Shown here: in pieces, positions 25,570-33,262 of the stretch
Layout of the letters: every line of letters begins with the position of its first letter
How positions within the stretch are numbered: position 1 is the stretch's first letter
Virus record (IMG/VR): IMGVR_UViG_3300044728_000136
Source: a virus
Length of the DNA stretch: 64,000 nt
Direction: 5' to 3' (one strand)
The notes under the pieces: generated by a model
The model's database searches: none
What the model was told of the DNA's origin: nothing
Seen by the model: only the letters and a program-made list of their open reading frames with translations
Made by a program: the position numbers and the translations under genes

Positions 25570-26067
25570 TCACACATGATGCCTCTGTAGGGCGATCATC
25601 GTGCGGTATTCTTCTGCCGTCGTGGCCCCGAGCACTCGTTCGACGGTGCTGGTCCCGTCTGGCCACAGAATGATGAGGGGCTTCTGTGCCGACCGTGTAT
25701 AGCGAATCGTGGCCCACGTCCCCGAGCCCTCTCGCTGAGGCGTCGTCTGGGCCGGGGTGATGATCATCACGTCCGACTCTCGCACAATGTCTTGGTTGCG
25801 AATCAGGAACGGCTTCGCGGGCATCACCAGATCCGGTTCTACCGTGGATCGGTGCTTCATCTGCCCGAAGGCCGTGAGCCCGGGCCAGCCTATCGTGAAG
25901 TACTTCAGCGCGGATGCCATCTCGTGGAACTGAGCATCGGCCCCAATGCACATGCCGTGCGTGGCCTCGGTCGCTCCCACCGACTTCAGATCCCCCAAGA
26001 GCATGTGGACCTGTAGGACTTGCTCATTTGTCATCCCCTGTCGTGTCCCCGAGAAGCCAATTTTCAT
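25570..26067 (-). CDS. SLOG/DprA-like Rossmannoid domain protein
   Basis: Trimmed to ATG 26067 (ATGA overlap). KIGFSGTRQGMT and HGMCIGAD resemble DUF2493/YpsA-type SLOG motifs. Confidence 0.45.
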   Translation of the reverse strand: MKIGFSGTRQGMTNEQVLQVHMLLGDLKSVGATEATHGMCIGADAQFHEMASALKYFTIGWPGLTAFGQMKHRSTVEPDLVMPAKPFLIRNQDIVRESDVMIITPAQTTPQREGSGTWATIRYTRSAQKPLIILWPDGTSTVERVLGATTAEEYRTMIALQRHHV

Positions 26068-26375
26068 AACAGGTGTCCCTTCACTTTCCGTTCTCGTGGA
26101 CCGTATTTGCCTTTGAGTTTCGTGGCGAACATCTCCGGTTCGCTCTCGTGATCTTTCTTTCGGCCCAGTGACTCCCATTGATCCAACGGCAAATGCTCCA
26201 CGGGATACTTCAGTAACTCTGAGGGGTAGAACGGCCAGTGGCTCCACATCCACGGCACATCATACGTCACCACCTCAGAGGGGAAGTACTGTTCGGGGTC
26301 AGGCTTTTTGATCCGGCCTCGACTGCGAATTTTTTCAGGCGAGACACCGCGATGATACTTCTCGTGGAGGCTCAT
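26064..26375 (-). CDS. hypothetical protein
   Basis: ORF track, 103 aa. Confidence 0.45.
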   Translation of the reverse strand: MSLHEKYHRGVSPEKIRSRGRIKKPDPEQYFPSEVVTYDVPWMWSHWPFYPSELLKYPVEHLPLDQWESLGRKKDHESEPEMFATKLKGKYGPRERKVKGHLL

Positions 26376-26376
26376 G

Positions 26377-26634
26377 TCAGGGGTGTCCTTCGTCAGGCTC
26401 GTTCACGCCATCCTCGGCTCGCTTCAGTGCGCCTTCAGCCACGAGCAATTGATCTTTCAACTCCGTGACCCGCTGATTAAGCAACTGCTTGTTCAGTGCC
26501 TCGGCCCTCGACTTCTCTTCCTTCGCCGGTTTGATCGGAAGCCCCGCGAATGCCGCCAGACTTTTCATGATCAATCGCCACTCAGCATCCGTGATCCGAA
26601 GATTCACAATGCCGGTGATCGTCACCTCTGCCAT
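26377..26634 (-). CDS. hypothetical protein
   Basis: ORF track, 85 aa. Confidence 0.45.
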   Translation of the reverse strand: MAEVTITGIVNLRITDAEWRLIMKSLAAFAGLPIKPAKEEKSRAEALNKQLLNQRVTELKDQLLVAEGALKRAEDGVNEPDEGHP

Positions 26635-26635
26635 G

Positions 26636-26899
26636 TTAGGACGCCTTTCGAAATTTGAGGAGGTTTTTCTTCTGTCGGGTGAACCGCTTGAATCGCCGCA
26701 GTCGCCGGAGGACTTTCACCGTCTGATCATCGATCTTGAGCCCGAAGTAGGCATACACGATCTCGGCTACCACCCACGAAAAACTCTTGTCTTCGTTCTC
26801 TGCGATCTCTTGCAGATTTTTCATGACTTCTTCGTGCATGCAGGCTCGCCCGATGATCCGTTGCACACCCCGTGTCTTCGGTTGTTGACGACCACTCAT
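26636..26899 (-). CDS. ribbon-helix-helix (CopG/Arc-like) DNA-binding protein candidate
   Basis: RIIGRACMHEEVMKNLQEIAENEDKSFSWVVAEIVYAYFG fits a strand-helix-helix layout, followed by a basic tail. A motif copy sits directly 5' of its SD. Confidence 0.5.
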   Translation of the reverse strand: MSGRQQPKTRGVQRIIGRACMHEEVMKNLQEIAENEDKSFSWVVAEIVYAYFGLKIDDQTVKVLRRLRRFKRFTRQKKNLLKFRKAS

Positions 26900-26914
26900 C
26901 TACCTGTTCTCCTT

Positions 26915-26928
26915 TGCAATCAATTGCA
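26915..26928. repeat. 14-bp quasi-palindrome copy (perfect)
   Basis: Intergenic; abuts the AAGGAG of the RHH gene. Confidence 0.8.
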
Positions 26929-26931
26929 CGC

Positions 26932-27093
26932 TCACCACGCCTTCAACCACAGAATATCGGCTTGAGGCCCCTCGGGAATAGGCCACTGACAGACCGCACA
27001 CGCTACCTGCCTCTCCTCGCCCTCCACAAAGGCCGCAGAGACAGGAATCCGCTCGCCGTCATGACAGGACCAACACACCGTCGTTCGCCTCAC
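26932..27093 (-). CDS. small zinc-ribbon ORF
   Basis: GTGA overlap with the upstream stop; CWSC..CAVC. Confidence 0.3.
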   Translation of the reverse strand: MRRTTVCWSCHDGERIPVSAAFVEGEERQVACAVCQWPIPEGPQADILWLKAW

Positions 27094-27356
27094 TGGCGTC
27101 GTCCGTGCGCGTCTAGTGACGCCCAGTACTCTTCGGCCAGTCGTTCGTCTTCTACGCATTGCTTCGCTTCTTCTTCTGCTGCCAGTCGGTCAGCCTCATA
27201 GGCCGCTACTTCTGCCGCCTTGAATTCGGGCTTAATGGCCCCCTCGTCATCGAAATGTTCGCAACCGTCGTCTGCCCACGCCCCACAGATGGGACACTTC
27301 CAGTTGCCCTGTGCCGGTCCACAGCTTCCACAGTGGGTATCGCCGCAGTAACACAT
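27090..27356 (-). CDS. Cys-rich hypothetical protein
   Basis: ORF track, 88 aa; MCYCGDTHCGSCG..CPICG. Confidence 0.45.
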   Translation of the reverse strand: MCYCGDTHCGSCGPAQGNWKCPICGAWADDGCEHFDDEGAIKPEFKAAEVAAYEADRLAAEEEAKQCVEDERLAEEYWASLDAHGRRQ

Positions 27357-27817
27357 TATTTATTCCCCTTTCGACGGCAAACTCGACACCGACGCCATCC
27401 ACGAGCTTTCCAGATATAAGTGCTCTCTTCGGTCCACGGATGTCCATTTTTGCAAGTTTCCGGTCCAGACCCATGGGCTCTCATGTGGTCAGACTGGGTT
27501 AGTGGTTCGGTGTGCCACGGATTTGCACACCACTCGTGGTGACAAACACCATGATGTAACACCAGATCATCAGAAAATTGACTTCTCAGAACACGATACA
27601 GGACTCGATATACATAGTCTCGTGTCCCGGCTTCCTTGTTTCCACAGACTGGACGCCCATTCGTGCCATGTTCACCGTGCCATCGCCAACACGAGCCCTC
27701 TAGCGTTAATTGCCCTGCAAATTCATCGGGTAAATTCGCAACAAATGGAGCATTTGCAGCCAGAGCTTTTTTTTGTCTCTCCCTCTGCCGTCTCGCTTGT
27801 TGCGCCCCGATATGCAT
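27356..27817 (-). CDS. HNH endonuclease
   Basis: LHHGVCHHEWCANPWHTEPLTQSDHM plus CKNGHPW..RRCRVCRR. Confidence 0.65.
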   Translation of the reverse strand: MHIGAQQARRQRERQKKALAANAPFVANLPDEFAGQLTLEGSCWRWHGEHGTNGRPVCGNKEAGTRDYVYRVLYRVLRSQFSDDLVLHHGVCHHEWCANPWHTEPLTQSDHMRAHGSGPETCKNGHPWTEESTYIWKARGWRRCRVCRRKGNK

Positions 27818-28041
27818 TATGCACTCTCCCGGGTGTAGTTGTAGATCTGATCCTCGATAGAGACGATCTCCGTGGCGTCAGCCGGGGGATCGGCAAACCG
27901 CTCGCTGTTCTCCCGGCAGTCGCCTGCGAAGTCATCACGGTGCCAGTGCTCACAACACCCACACTCCACAAAACGGGTGGAGCGTGGATCCGTGGGGATG
28001 CCTGCACCGACGAAGAGGCCCACACCGATGATGGGGAGCAT
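27817..28041 (-). CDS. hypothetical protein (N-terminal TM)
   Basis: ORF track, 74 aa. Confidence 0.4.
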   Translation of the reverse strand: MLPIIGVGLFVGAGIPTDPRSTRFVECGCCEHWHRDDFAGDCRENSERFADPPADATEIVSIEDQIYNYTRESA

Positions 28042-28205
28042 TATGCCTCCTCCTCTTCCTCAACGCCGTTCGTCTCCACGTCTGCACACTCGACTTCCGG
28101 ATACTCTGCTTGGATCTTGTCCCCCAGTACCTTGCCCCATGCGTAAGCCGCATCTTCACTGGGGGCTTGCAGGATGACGTACATCATCACTTTATATGTC
28201 GTCAT
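28041..28205 (-). CDS. small acidic ORF (54 aa)
   Basis: Own translation: MTTYKVMMYVILQAPSEDAAYAWGK...EEEEEA. Coupled at both ends. Confidence 0.35.
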   Translation of the reverse strand: MTTYKVMMYVILQAPSEDAAYAWGKVLGDKIQAEYPEVECADVETNGVEEEEEA

Positions 28206-28471
28206 CACAGGCTCGCTTCCCGTGCCGCCAGCCGTGTCGCTTTTGCAGCCTCGACGTGGGCTTTGCCTGCGTCAGTCGGACGATAGACCAGCGCACCGTT
28301 CTCTAGCACTCGCTTGGCGAGTCCACGCTTGACCAGCGTATCGAGCAAACGCTCTGTCTCACGGGGCGTGCTCCAAATCCAGCCACACCCGAAACCGATA
28401 GCGTGCCAGCGTCTGTTCTCCACCAGTGCGCGGAGTATGCTTTCTTGGTTCTTGCCCAGCTTCCTCATCAC
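28205..28471 (-). CDS. winged-helix DNA-binding protein candidate
   Basis: QESILRALVENRRWH...LLDTLVKRGLAKRV..ALVYRPT fits a wHTH pattern. Confidence 0.45.
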   Translation of the reverse strand: MMRKLGKNQESILRALVENRRWHAIGFGCGWIWSTPRETERLLDTLVKRGLAKRVLENGALVYRPTDAGKAHVEAAKATRLAAREASL

Positions 28472-28881
28472 AGGCTCCCTTCTGCCGCCTTGCGGGCCGC
28501 TTCACGTTCCGTCATCTTGACGTTGAGGATCTTGATCGCGTTCAGGACGTGCTTGTCACGGCTCGTCAGGCCCTCACCGTAGAGCGTTTCGAATTCCGCG
28601 ATCTTCTCCGCACTCGCATGGACGGAGAGCCCTGCGTTCTCGACGTAGCCTGTGGCCTCGTCAATGAACAGGACGCGAATGTCCGTGTAGGTGCTGGCCT
28701 TCGGCTTGTTCCACACGTCCCCACGCTTGGGGTTGGTGGTTTGCGAAACGACGCGAGAGCCGAAGCCGCGCTTCGTCTCGATCCAGTAGCGGATTTTGCA
28801 GCGGAGGCGAAAGCCGTAGGGGTAGTCGTTGACGACGTAAGCGGTGTCGGGCGAATCGTGTGGGCCGGTCAGAACGGGCAT
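28468..28881 (-). CDS. hypothetical protein (137 aa)
   Basis: Trimmed to ATG 28881 after AAGGAGTGACACAC. Confidence 0.5.
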   Translation of the reverse strand: MPVLTGPHDSPDTAYVVNDYPYGFRLRCKIRYWIETKRGFGSRVVSQTTNPKRGDVWNKPKASTYTDIRVLFIDEATGYVENAGLSVHASAEKIAEFETLYGEGLTSRDKHVLNAIKILNVKMTEREAARKAAEGSL

Positions 28882-28910
28882 GTGTGTCACTCCTTGACGT
28901 GTGAGAAACG

Positions 28911-28940
28911 AGTGTAGCAGGGAGGAGGGGAGTTTGTCAA
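28911..28940 (-). promoter_or_regulatory. sigma70-type promoter TTGACA-18-TACACT
   Basis: -35 at 28940..28935, -10 at 28916..28911. Confidence 0.55.
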
Positions 28941-28961
28941 TCCCCTTCCCCCTGTTTATTT

Positions 28962-29819
28962 TCAGGCCGCTATCGCGACTTCCTTCACCAGCGTGGGGCG
29001 CTTGCCGAAGGCGAAGCTCACATCGTCCTTGCTGGCTTCGAAGGTGGCGGTCACCGTCAGGAGGTTGCCCTTGTCCGCAACGGCCTTGCCGGGGACCGTC
29101 AGCCACACCCGCGAGCCGTTATCCAGCTTCAGGAGCATCTTCAGGGTGGACCCGTAGAAGCCGTCCACGGTCTTCGTGGAGAGGACTTCGCCAGTCACGG
29201 TCACGCGACCCGTGGGGGCCGGTCCCTTGACCTCAGCGGCCTCTGTAGCCTTCTTGGAGGCCATCTCGACGTCGCGGGCGAGGGACTTGAGAACTGCCTC
29301 GACTTGCCGCACGCTGAGGCTCCCGTAGGTGTTCAGCTTGCCGATCACGTCGTGGACGAAGGTGTTCTTCGCGTGGACGTCAGCCTTGGCCGTCTCGATG
29401 GCCGCTGCGAACGCGGGGGTCGCCTCAAGGAAGGCCACGCGCTTCTTCCAGATCTTCATCTTCGCGTGACCCGCCTCGGCCTTCGACTTCAGGACGGCCA
29501 ACTTCCACGCCATCTTGTTGGCGAAGTCCAGACGCTCCGTGCAGTCGCTCCCGAAGACCACCACGGTGTCCGTGGGGAGGTGGCGAGTCGCCGTAATCCA
29601 GCGGACGCGCCCGTTACCGCAATGCACGCAACGACGGATCTTCTTACGCCAGTCCACGCCGAACGTGCGCTCCATGTCAGCTTCCCAGAATTTGACGTCG
29701 GCTTCGAACGACTCGATGTCTTGGCCCCAATACGCGGGGCGCTTGTTGTCGAGGTAGTCCACGACCTCGTAGTGCGAGGGGTCGAAATTCGTGGGGTTGT
29801 GGACGGTGGGGGTGGGCAT
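28962..29819 (-). CDS. hypothetical protein (Zn-ribbon N-part, OB-like C-part)
   Basis: ORF track, 285 aa; CVHCGNG..GSDC; C-terminal GRVTVTGEVLSTK..VWLTVP. Confidence 0.55.
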   Translation of the reverse strand: MPTPTVHNPTNFDPSHYEVVDYLDNKRPAYWGQDIESFEADVKFWEADMERTFGVDWRKKIRRCVHCGNGRVRWITATRHLPTDTVVVFGSDCTERLDFANKMAWKLAVLKSKAEAGHAKMKIWKKRVAFLEATPAFAAAIETAKADVHAKNTFVHDVIGKLNTYGSLSVRQVEAVLKSLARDVEMASKKATEAAEVKGPAPTGRVTVTGEVLSTKTVDGFYGSTLKMLLKLDNGSRVWLTVPGKAVADKGNLLTVTATFEASKDDVSFAFGKRPTLVKEVAIAA

Positions 29820-29861
29820 GTGCGCTACTCCTTAGCTGCCGGTTTCCTGACTGACAAGACC

Positions 29862-29891
29862 AGTATACACCCTATCTGGGGGGTTTGTCAA
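29862..29891 (-). promoter_or_regulatory. sigma70-type promoter TTGACA-18-TATACT
   Basis: -35 at 29891..29886, -10 at 29867..29862. Confidence 0.6.
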
Positions 29892-29908
29892 ACTGCACAC
29901 GGTTGCAC

Positions 29909-30127
29909 TCAGCCTTGCACCACCAGCGGAATCACGATGTAGTGCGTGATGGGATTGTAGGCTCCGTTTGAAAACTTGATCCGCGCCCCACCCGCCACGT
30001 ACGCATAGGCGTCTTCTGCCGTATCGAACAAACCTTGCGCGATGTAAATGGGGGCTGGGGTCATCGCCACCGTGTGGTCATACACGAGAATCGTGTAGCC
30101 CTTGCCTTCGTGTAATAATTTTTCCAT
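29909..30127 (-). CDS. hypothetical protein, apparently leaderless
   Basis: ORF track, 72 aa; the ATG lies 6 nt after the -10 box. Confidence 0.45.
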   Translation of the reverse strand: MEKLLHEGKGYTILVYDHTVAMTPAPIYIAQGLFDTAEDAYAYVAGGARIKFSNGAYNPITHYIVIPLVVQG

Positions 30128-30133
30128 GTCGTT

Positions 30134-30162
30134 ATTGTTTCACAACCAGTTGAGTTTGTCAA
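30134..30162 (-). promoter_or_regulatory. sigma70-type promoter TTGACA-17-AACAAT
   Basis: -35 at 30162..30157, -10 at 30139..30134. A motif copy lies 1 nt upstream of the -35. Confidence 0.4.
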
Positions 30163-30163
30163 C

Positions 30164-30177
30164 TGCATTCAATTGCA
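30164..30177. repeat. 14-bp quasi-palindrome copy TGCATTCAATTGCA (1 mismatch)
   Basis: Its internal TGA is the stop codon of 30169..31086, and it abuts the -35 box. Confidence 0.7.
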
Positions 30178-31086
30178 GGCGTCCAGTGCCGTGGTCCAGT
30201 TCTGGGCCACCTTGATCAAACTCCGTTGATTGGTCTTCTGCTTCTCCACGGCTGCTTGCATCTTGGCCTCATCCATGTATTTCAGCACCTGACGCTGCAC
30301 GAGCGCCACCAGCACATTCGGAGGAAGGGCATCCAACTCCCACGAGAACTGGCCGTATTTCTCGACGTACGCTTTGTAGCGGCCATCTGCCTTCTTGGCT
30401 GGGTTTGGAGGGGGCTTGTAGCGTTCAATCTGCTTCATCGTCAACGCAATGCGCTTCACGAACACCACGTCTTCCCCGAGATGATGGTGAGTAAACATGG
30501 CGAGTCGATCCTTGATGTCTCGCGTCATATCGATTCCCGATGGATCGTGGTCCCCCAGATGCAGAATGATCGTGCGCTGTCCGGAGACTTGACGCCGCTT
30601 GATAATCCGTTGCGCGGCTCCCCACATTTCCGATTGGGACGTATACCCTCGGCAACTGAAATAGGGGACAGCCAGACGAGGACAACACGCTTCCAGCACC
30701 CCCGCCAACGCATCTTTCTCGATCCAGACTTCCACGCGATGAGGTTGGGTTTTCCAGACGTCTTCTCGATACCCGGCTGCGGCCATCTCGATGCCTGCGG
30801 CGGGATCCGAAAAATGCCGATAGCTCATGAGGTTCCGCGTCCGGTCCACAATCGCGGTCCAGTCCAGTAACCCTGCCAATCGGGCATCATTCACAATGGT
30901 TTTGAGTCGATTGTAGTTTTTCTCCGAATTCGCCCACAGGTCTTTGGCCACGAACTGGTAGTACAACTGCCGGAGCGTCAGATCAAACCCTTGGGCCTGA
31001 TAGGCGGTCACAATCTGATCCGCGATCTGAATGATCTTCTGCGTCTCCTCCGAGAACGCAATCTCTTTGTAAGGGATCTTAGGCAT
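30169..31086 (-). CDS. Topo VI-A/Spo11-like protein (5Y-CAP + Toprim)
   Basis: LTLRQLYYQFV (CAP Tyr), VWIEKDALAGVL (Toprim Glu) and LGDHDPSGIDM (DxD). Start at ATG 31086 overlaps the upstream stop. Confidence 0.6.
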   Translation of the reverse strand: MPKIPYKEIAFSEETQKIIQIADQIVTAYQAQGFDLTLRQLYYQFVAKDLWANSEKNYNRLKTIVNDARLAGLLDWTAIVDRTRNLMSYRHFSDPAAGIEMAAAGYREDVWKTQPHRVEVWIEKDALAGVLEACCPRLAVPYFSCRGYTSQSEMWGAAQRIIKRRQVSGQRTIILHLGDHDPSGIDMTRDIKDRLAMFTHHHLGEDVVFVKRIALTMKQIERYKPPPNPAKKADGRYKAYVEKYGQFSWELDALPPNVLVALVQRQVLKYMDEAKMQAAVEKQKTNQRSLIKVAQNWTTALDACN

Positions 31087-31291
31087 GTTCGTCAGCCGCA
31101 CAGTTGACACAAATCACGGTTTCCACGCCGTCGTTCTCCTTCAGCGTGCCGGGGGCTTGATGCTCGGGACACGCCTCCGCCAGACACTCCCGGCAGGACG
31201 GCCACGAGGTGTACTGCGGGGACTCCTTCAGGCAGTACGTCCCGGGAGAGGCAATCACCTCACACGTTGTCGCAAACTTGATCATCGCCAT
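31079..31291 (-). CDS. Cys-rich hypothetical protein (70 aa)
   Basis: Trimmed to ATG 31291 (TAATG coupling); CRECLAEACPEH..CVNC. Confidence 0.4.
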   Translation of the reverse strand: MAMIKFATTCEVIASPGTYCLKESPQYTSWPSCRECLAEACPEHQAPGTLKENDGVETVICVNCAADEHA

Positions 31292-31488
31292 TAGTTGGCC
31301 TCGATCACGAGATCCACGACGTCGAAGTGGCTGCGCTCGGCGCGGGCCTCGATGCTGGCGCGTGTCTTCCGGCGAAAGCTCGCACAATCGAGCCCGTCGA
31401 AGTAATAACCCCTGTCATCGTGCTTCAGGAGGTAGGTCAGCGTACGACCGTTGCGGAGCGTCTTGCGAGCGACCGTGATAGAAGGCAT
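31291..31488 (-). CDS. hypothetical protein (65 aa), apparently leaderless
   Basis: ATG 31488 lies 5 nt after the -10 box. Confidence 0.4.
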   Translation of the reverse strand: MPSITVARKTLRNGRTLTYLLKHDDRGYYFDGLDCASFRRKTRASIEARAERSHFDVVDLVIEAN

Positions 31489-31493
31489 AAGGA

Positions 31494-31523
31494 ATTGTCT
31501 CACACAACACTAGGATTTGTCAA
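31494..31523 (-). promoter_or_regulatory. sigma70-type promoter TTGACA-18-GACAAT
   Basis: -35 at 31523..31518, -10 at 31499..31494; the upstream stop TGA abuts the -35. Confidence 0.5.
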
Positions 31524-31739
31524 TCAGACCTTTTCTACCTTGCCGTTCATGACGAAGAACATCCCCTCGGACTTCTCGTGGGTGACCACTTCGAACGGCA
31601 CCGTGGCTCCTCGGGCCGCTGTTGCCAGTGCGACCTTCTTGCTGCCTGCATGCGTGGAGCCGAAGCTGCCACCCATCTCGTTGTGGGCCGTCCAGTACCA
31701 CGTCGAGCGAACCTTGCGGAGCGTAATCTTGACGATCAT
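31524..31739 (-). CDS. hypothetical protein
   Basis: ORF track, 71 aa. Confidence 0.45.
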   Translation of the reverse strand: MIVKITLRKVRSTWYWTAHNEMGGSFGSTHAGSKKVALATAARGATVPFEVVTHEKSEGMFFVMNGKVEKV

Positions 31740-31951
31740 CGGGCCTCCACAATCGTCGCTGAGCCGTCCACGGTCCAGTCTGGGTGTCCGTCACGATCTT
31801 TGTATCCCGGCCAGCCGGTGAGCACTCTGAGGCCCTTGTTCAGGGCGTGCTTCCGAGACACCGCACGGAGTCCGTGCTTCGCCTCGTGGATGTGCCACGT
31901 CTCCGTGGGCTTGTGGTAGGCTTCGAACTTGAGCGAGAGGGTAAAGAGCAT
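31736..31951 (-). CDS. hypothetical protein, apparently leaderless
   Basis: ORF track, 71 aa; the ATG lies 6 nt after the -10 box. Confidence 0.45.
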   Translation of the reverse strand: MLFTLSLKFEAYHKPTETWHIHEAKHGLRAVSRKHALNKGLRVLTGWPGYKDRDGHPDWTVDGSATIVEAR

Positions 31952-31957
31952 GGAGTG

Positions 31958-31987
31958 ATTATCTCACCCCACGCTGTGGTTTGTCAA
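31958..31987 (-). promoter_or_regulatory. sigma70-type promoter TTGACA-18-GATAAT
   Basis: -35 at 31987..31982, -10 at 31963..31958. Confidence 0.55.
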
Positions 31988-31988
31988 G

Positions 31989-32222
31989 TTACCCCTCTCG
32001 GTGATCGGGATTCGCACACCGCTTGCAGCGTGGTGCTGCCTCTGGAATCCACTCGTCCCGTCGAGCGTCATACGGAAACTCGGGGATCTTGATGTGGCAC
32101 GCCGTGAGATCATCGGCGTGCAGCGACACTGTGTGGACCTTGGACCACCGCTGTCCATTCGCCTCGATGGGCTCGTTGAGACGCCACTGAATAAAGTGGC
32201 GAGTGATCACAGTTCCCTCCAT
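31989..32222 (-). CDS. hypothetical protein
   Basis: ORF track, 77 aa. Confidence 0.45.
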   Translation of the reverse strand: MEGTVITRHFIQWRLNEPIEANGQRWSKVHTVSLHADDLTACHIKIPEFPYDARRDEWIPEAAPRCKRCANPDHREG

Positions 32223-32395
32223 CGCGCTTCGACAGCTTCTCTATCCTGCTCTCGCACCTCACGGTGCAAGGCGACTTCCTCTGTCCGCGTCATCTTGCGG
32301 GGATTGAATTCCAGCCAGCAATCAGGGCCGTCGTAGACGTCCCACCAGCGTTGGCCATCCGTGTCCTTCGTCTCGCGTATCGTCAGCTTTCCCAT
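32207..32395 (-). CDS. hypothetical protein
   Basis: ORF track, 62 aa; AAGGAGG SD. Confidence 0.45.
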   Translation of the reverse strand: MGKLTIRETKDTDGQRWWDVYDGPDCWLEFNPRKMTRTEEVALHREVREQDREAVEARWREL

Positions 32396-32440
32396 GCAGG
32401 GTGCCCCTCCTTGGGCGGGTCGGTGTTCGATGCTCCCTAG

Positions 32441-32469
32441 ATCGTATCACACCGTTTCGGATTTGTCAA
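32441..32469 (-). promoter_or_regulatory. sigma70-type promoter TTGACA-17-TACGAT (leftward arm of a divergent pair)
   Basis: -35 at 32469..32464, -10 at 32446..32441. Confidence 0.6.
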
Positions 32470-32482
32470 CTCCCTCTAGGAC

Positions 32483-32511
32483 TTGACAAATTTTTTTACC
32501 TGTGATACGAT
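32483..32511 (+). promoter_or_regulatory. sigma70-type promoter TTGACA-17-TACGAT (rightward arm)
   Basis: -35 at 32483..32488, -10 at 32506..32511. The two -35 boxes are 13 bp apart. Confidence 0.6.
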
Positions 32512-32518
32512 CATGTCA

Positions 32519-32953
32519 ATGCCAACACCCTTTCAGTTCAACGACGGCGGGCGGGCCGCTGCCGGATATCGTGGCAAAGCGAAAGGCGACTGTGGGGCGC
32601 GTGCCCTTGCCATTGTTGCCCAGATTCCCTATGTCGAAGCCTGTGCGCTCGTCAACGAGTATGCCGAACAGGAACGGCCTCGGGGCACAAACAAACGCTC
32701 CAACGCCCAGACCGGCGTGTGGGTGGACACGATGAAGAAAATCCTACGGGATCTCGGTTTCATCTGGACACCCACGATGGGCATCGGCACCGGGTGTACC
32801 GTTCATCTCACGGCCTCGGAGCTACCTGCGGGCCGGATCCTCGTACGCACCTCCCGGCACTACACTTCGATGATCAACGGGATCATCCACGACACCTATG
32901 ATCCCTCACGCGAGGGGACACGCTGCGTCTACGGATACTGGCGGAAGGTCTAA
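32519..32953 (+). CDS. hypothetical protein with a Cys...His...Asp pattern (possible papain-like hydrolase)
   Basis: Track ORF 32483..32953. ATG 32519 lies 7 nt after the -10 box (leaderless); ATG 32513 is the alternative. GDCGARALAIV ... SRHYTSMINGIIHDTYD. Confidence 0.55.
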   Translation: MPTPFQFNDGGRAAAGYRGKAKGDCGARALAIVAQIPYVEACALVNEYAEQERPRGTNKRSNAQTGVWVDTMKKILRDLGFIWTPTMGIGTGCTVHLTASELPAGRILVRTSRHYTSMINGIIHDTYDPSREGTRCVYGYWRKV

Positions 32954-32989
32954 CTGTCAGGAGGGGAGGGGTGCTCACGTCTTCTAGAT

Positions 32990-33262
32990 ATGAGCATCCC
33001 CTTCTTCAACTGCCGAATCTGCCGCCGCCCGTTCCTCGTGTGTAAGTGCTTCACCCCTACGGGGCATTCTCGACGGCTTCGCAAAGCCTACGCCCAACTC
33101 GCGATCCTCGACAGGGAAATGGCCCGCGTCAGAGATTCGAATCCCTGTCCGGAGCATGCGCCCACCTCGTGTCGGATTATTTCCCAGCGTCTTCGTGAGC
33201 TTCGTATCCAGCGGGATCGCGTGTATCGTCGCATCACTGCCGTGGAGGATTATGGCACTTGA
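32990..33262 (+). CDS. questionable ORF (Cys/Arg-rich, 90 aa)
   Basis: ORF track only. No good SD; its 3' end overlaps the convergent gene 33250..34065. Confidence 0.3.
   Translation: MSIPFFNCRICRRPFLVCKCFTPTGHSRRLRKAYAQLAILDREMARVRDSNPCPEHAPTSCRIISQRLRELRIQRDRVYRRITAVEDYGT
33134..33156 (+). other. tRNA 3'-end-like fragment (T-loop/acceptor-like)
   Basis: GATTCGAATCCCTGTCCGGAGCA resembles TTCGAATCC T-loop plus acceptor 3' strand. No matching 5' half lies upstream, so this is not a tRNA gene. Confidence 0.2.
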
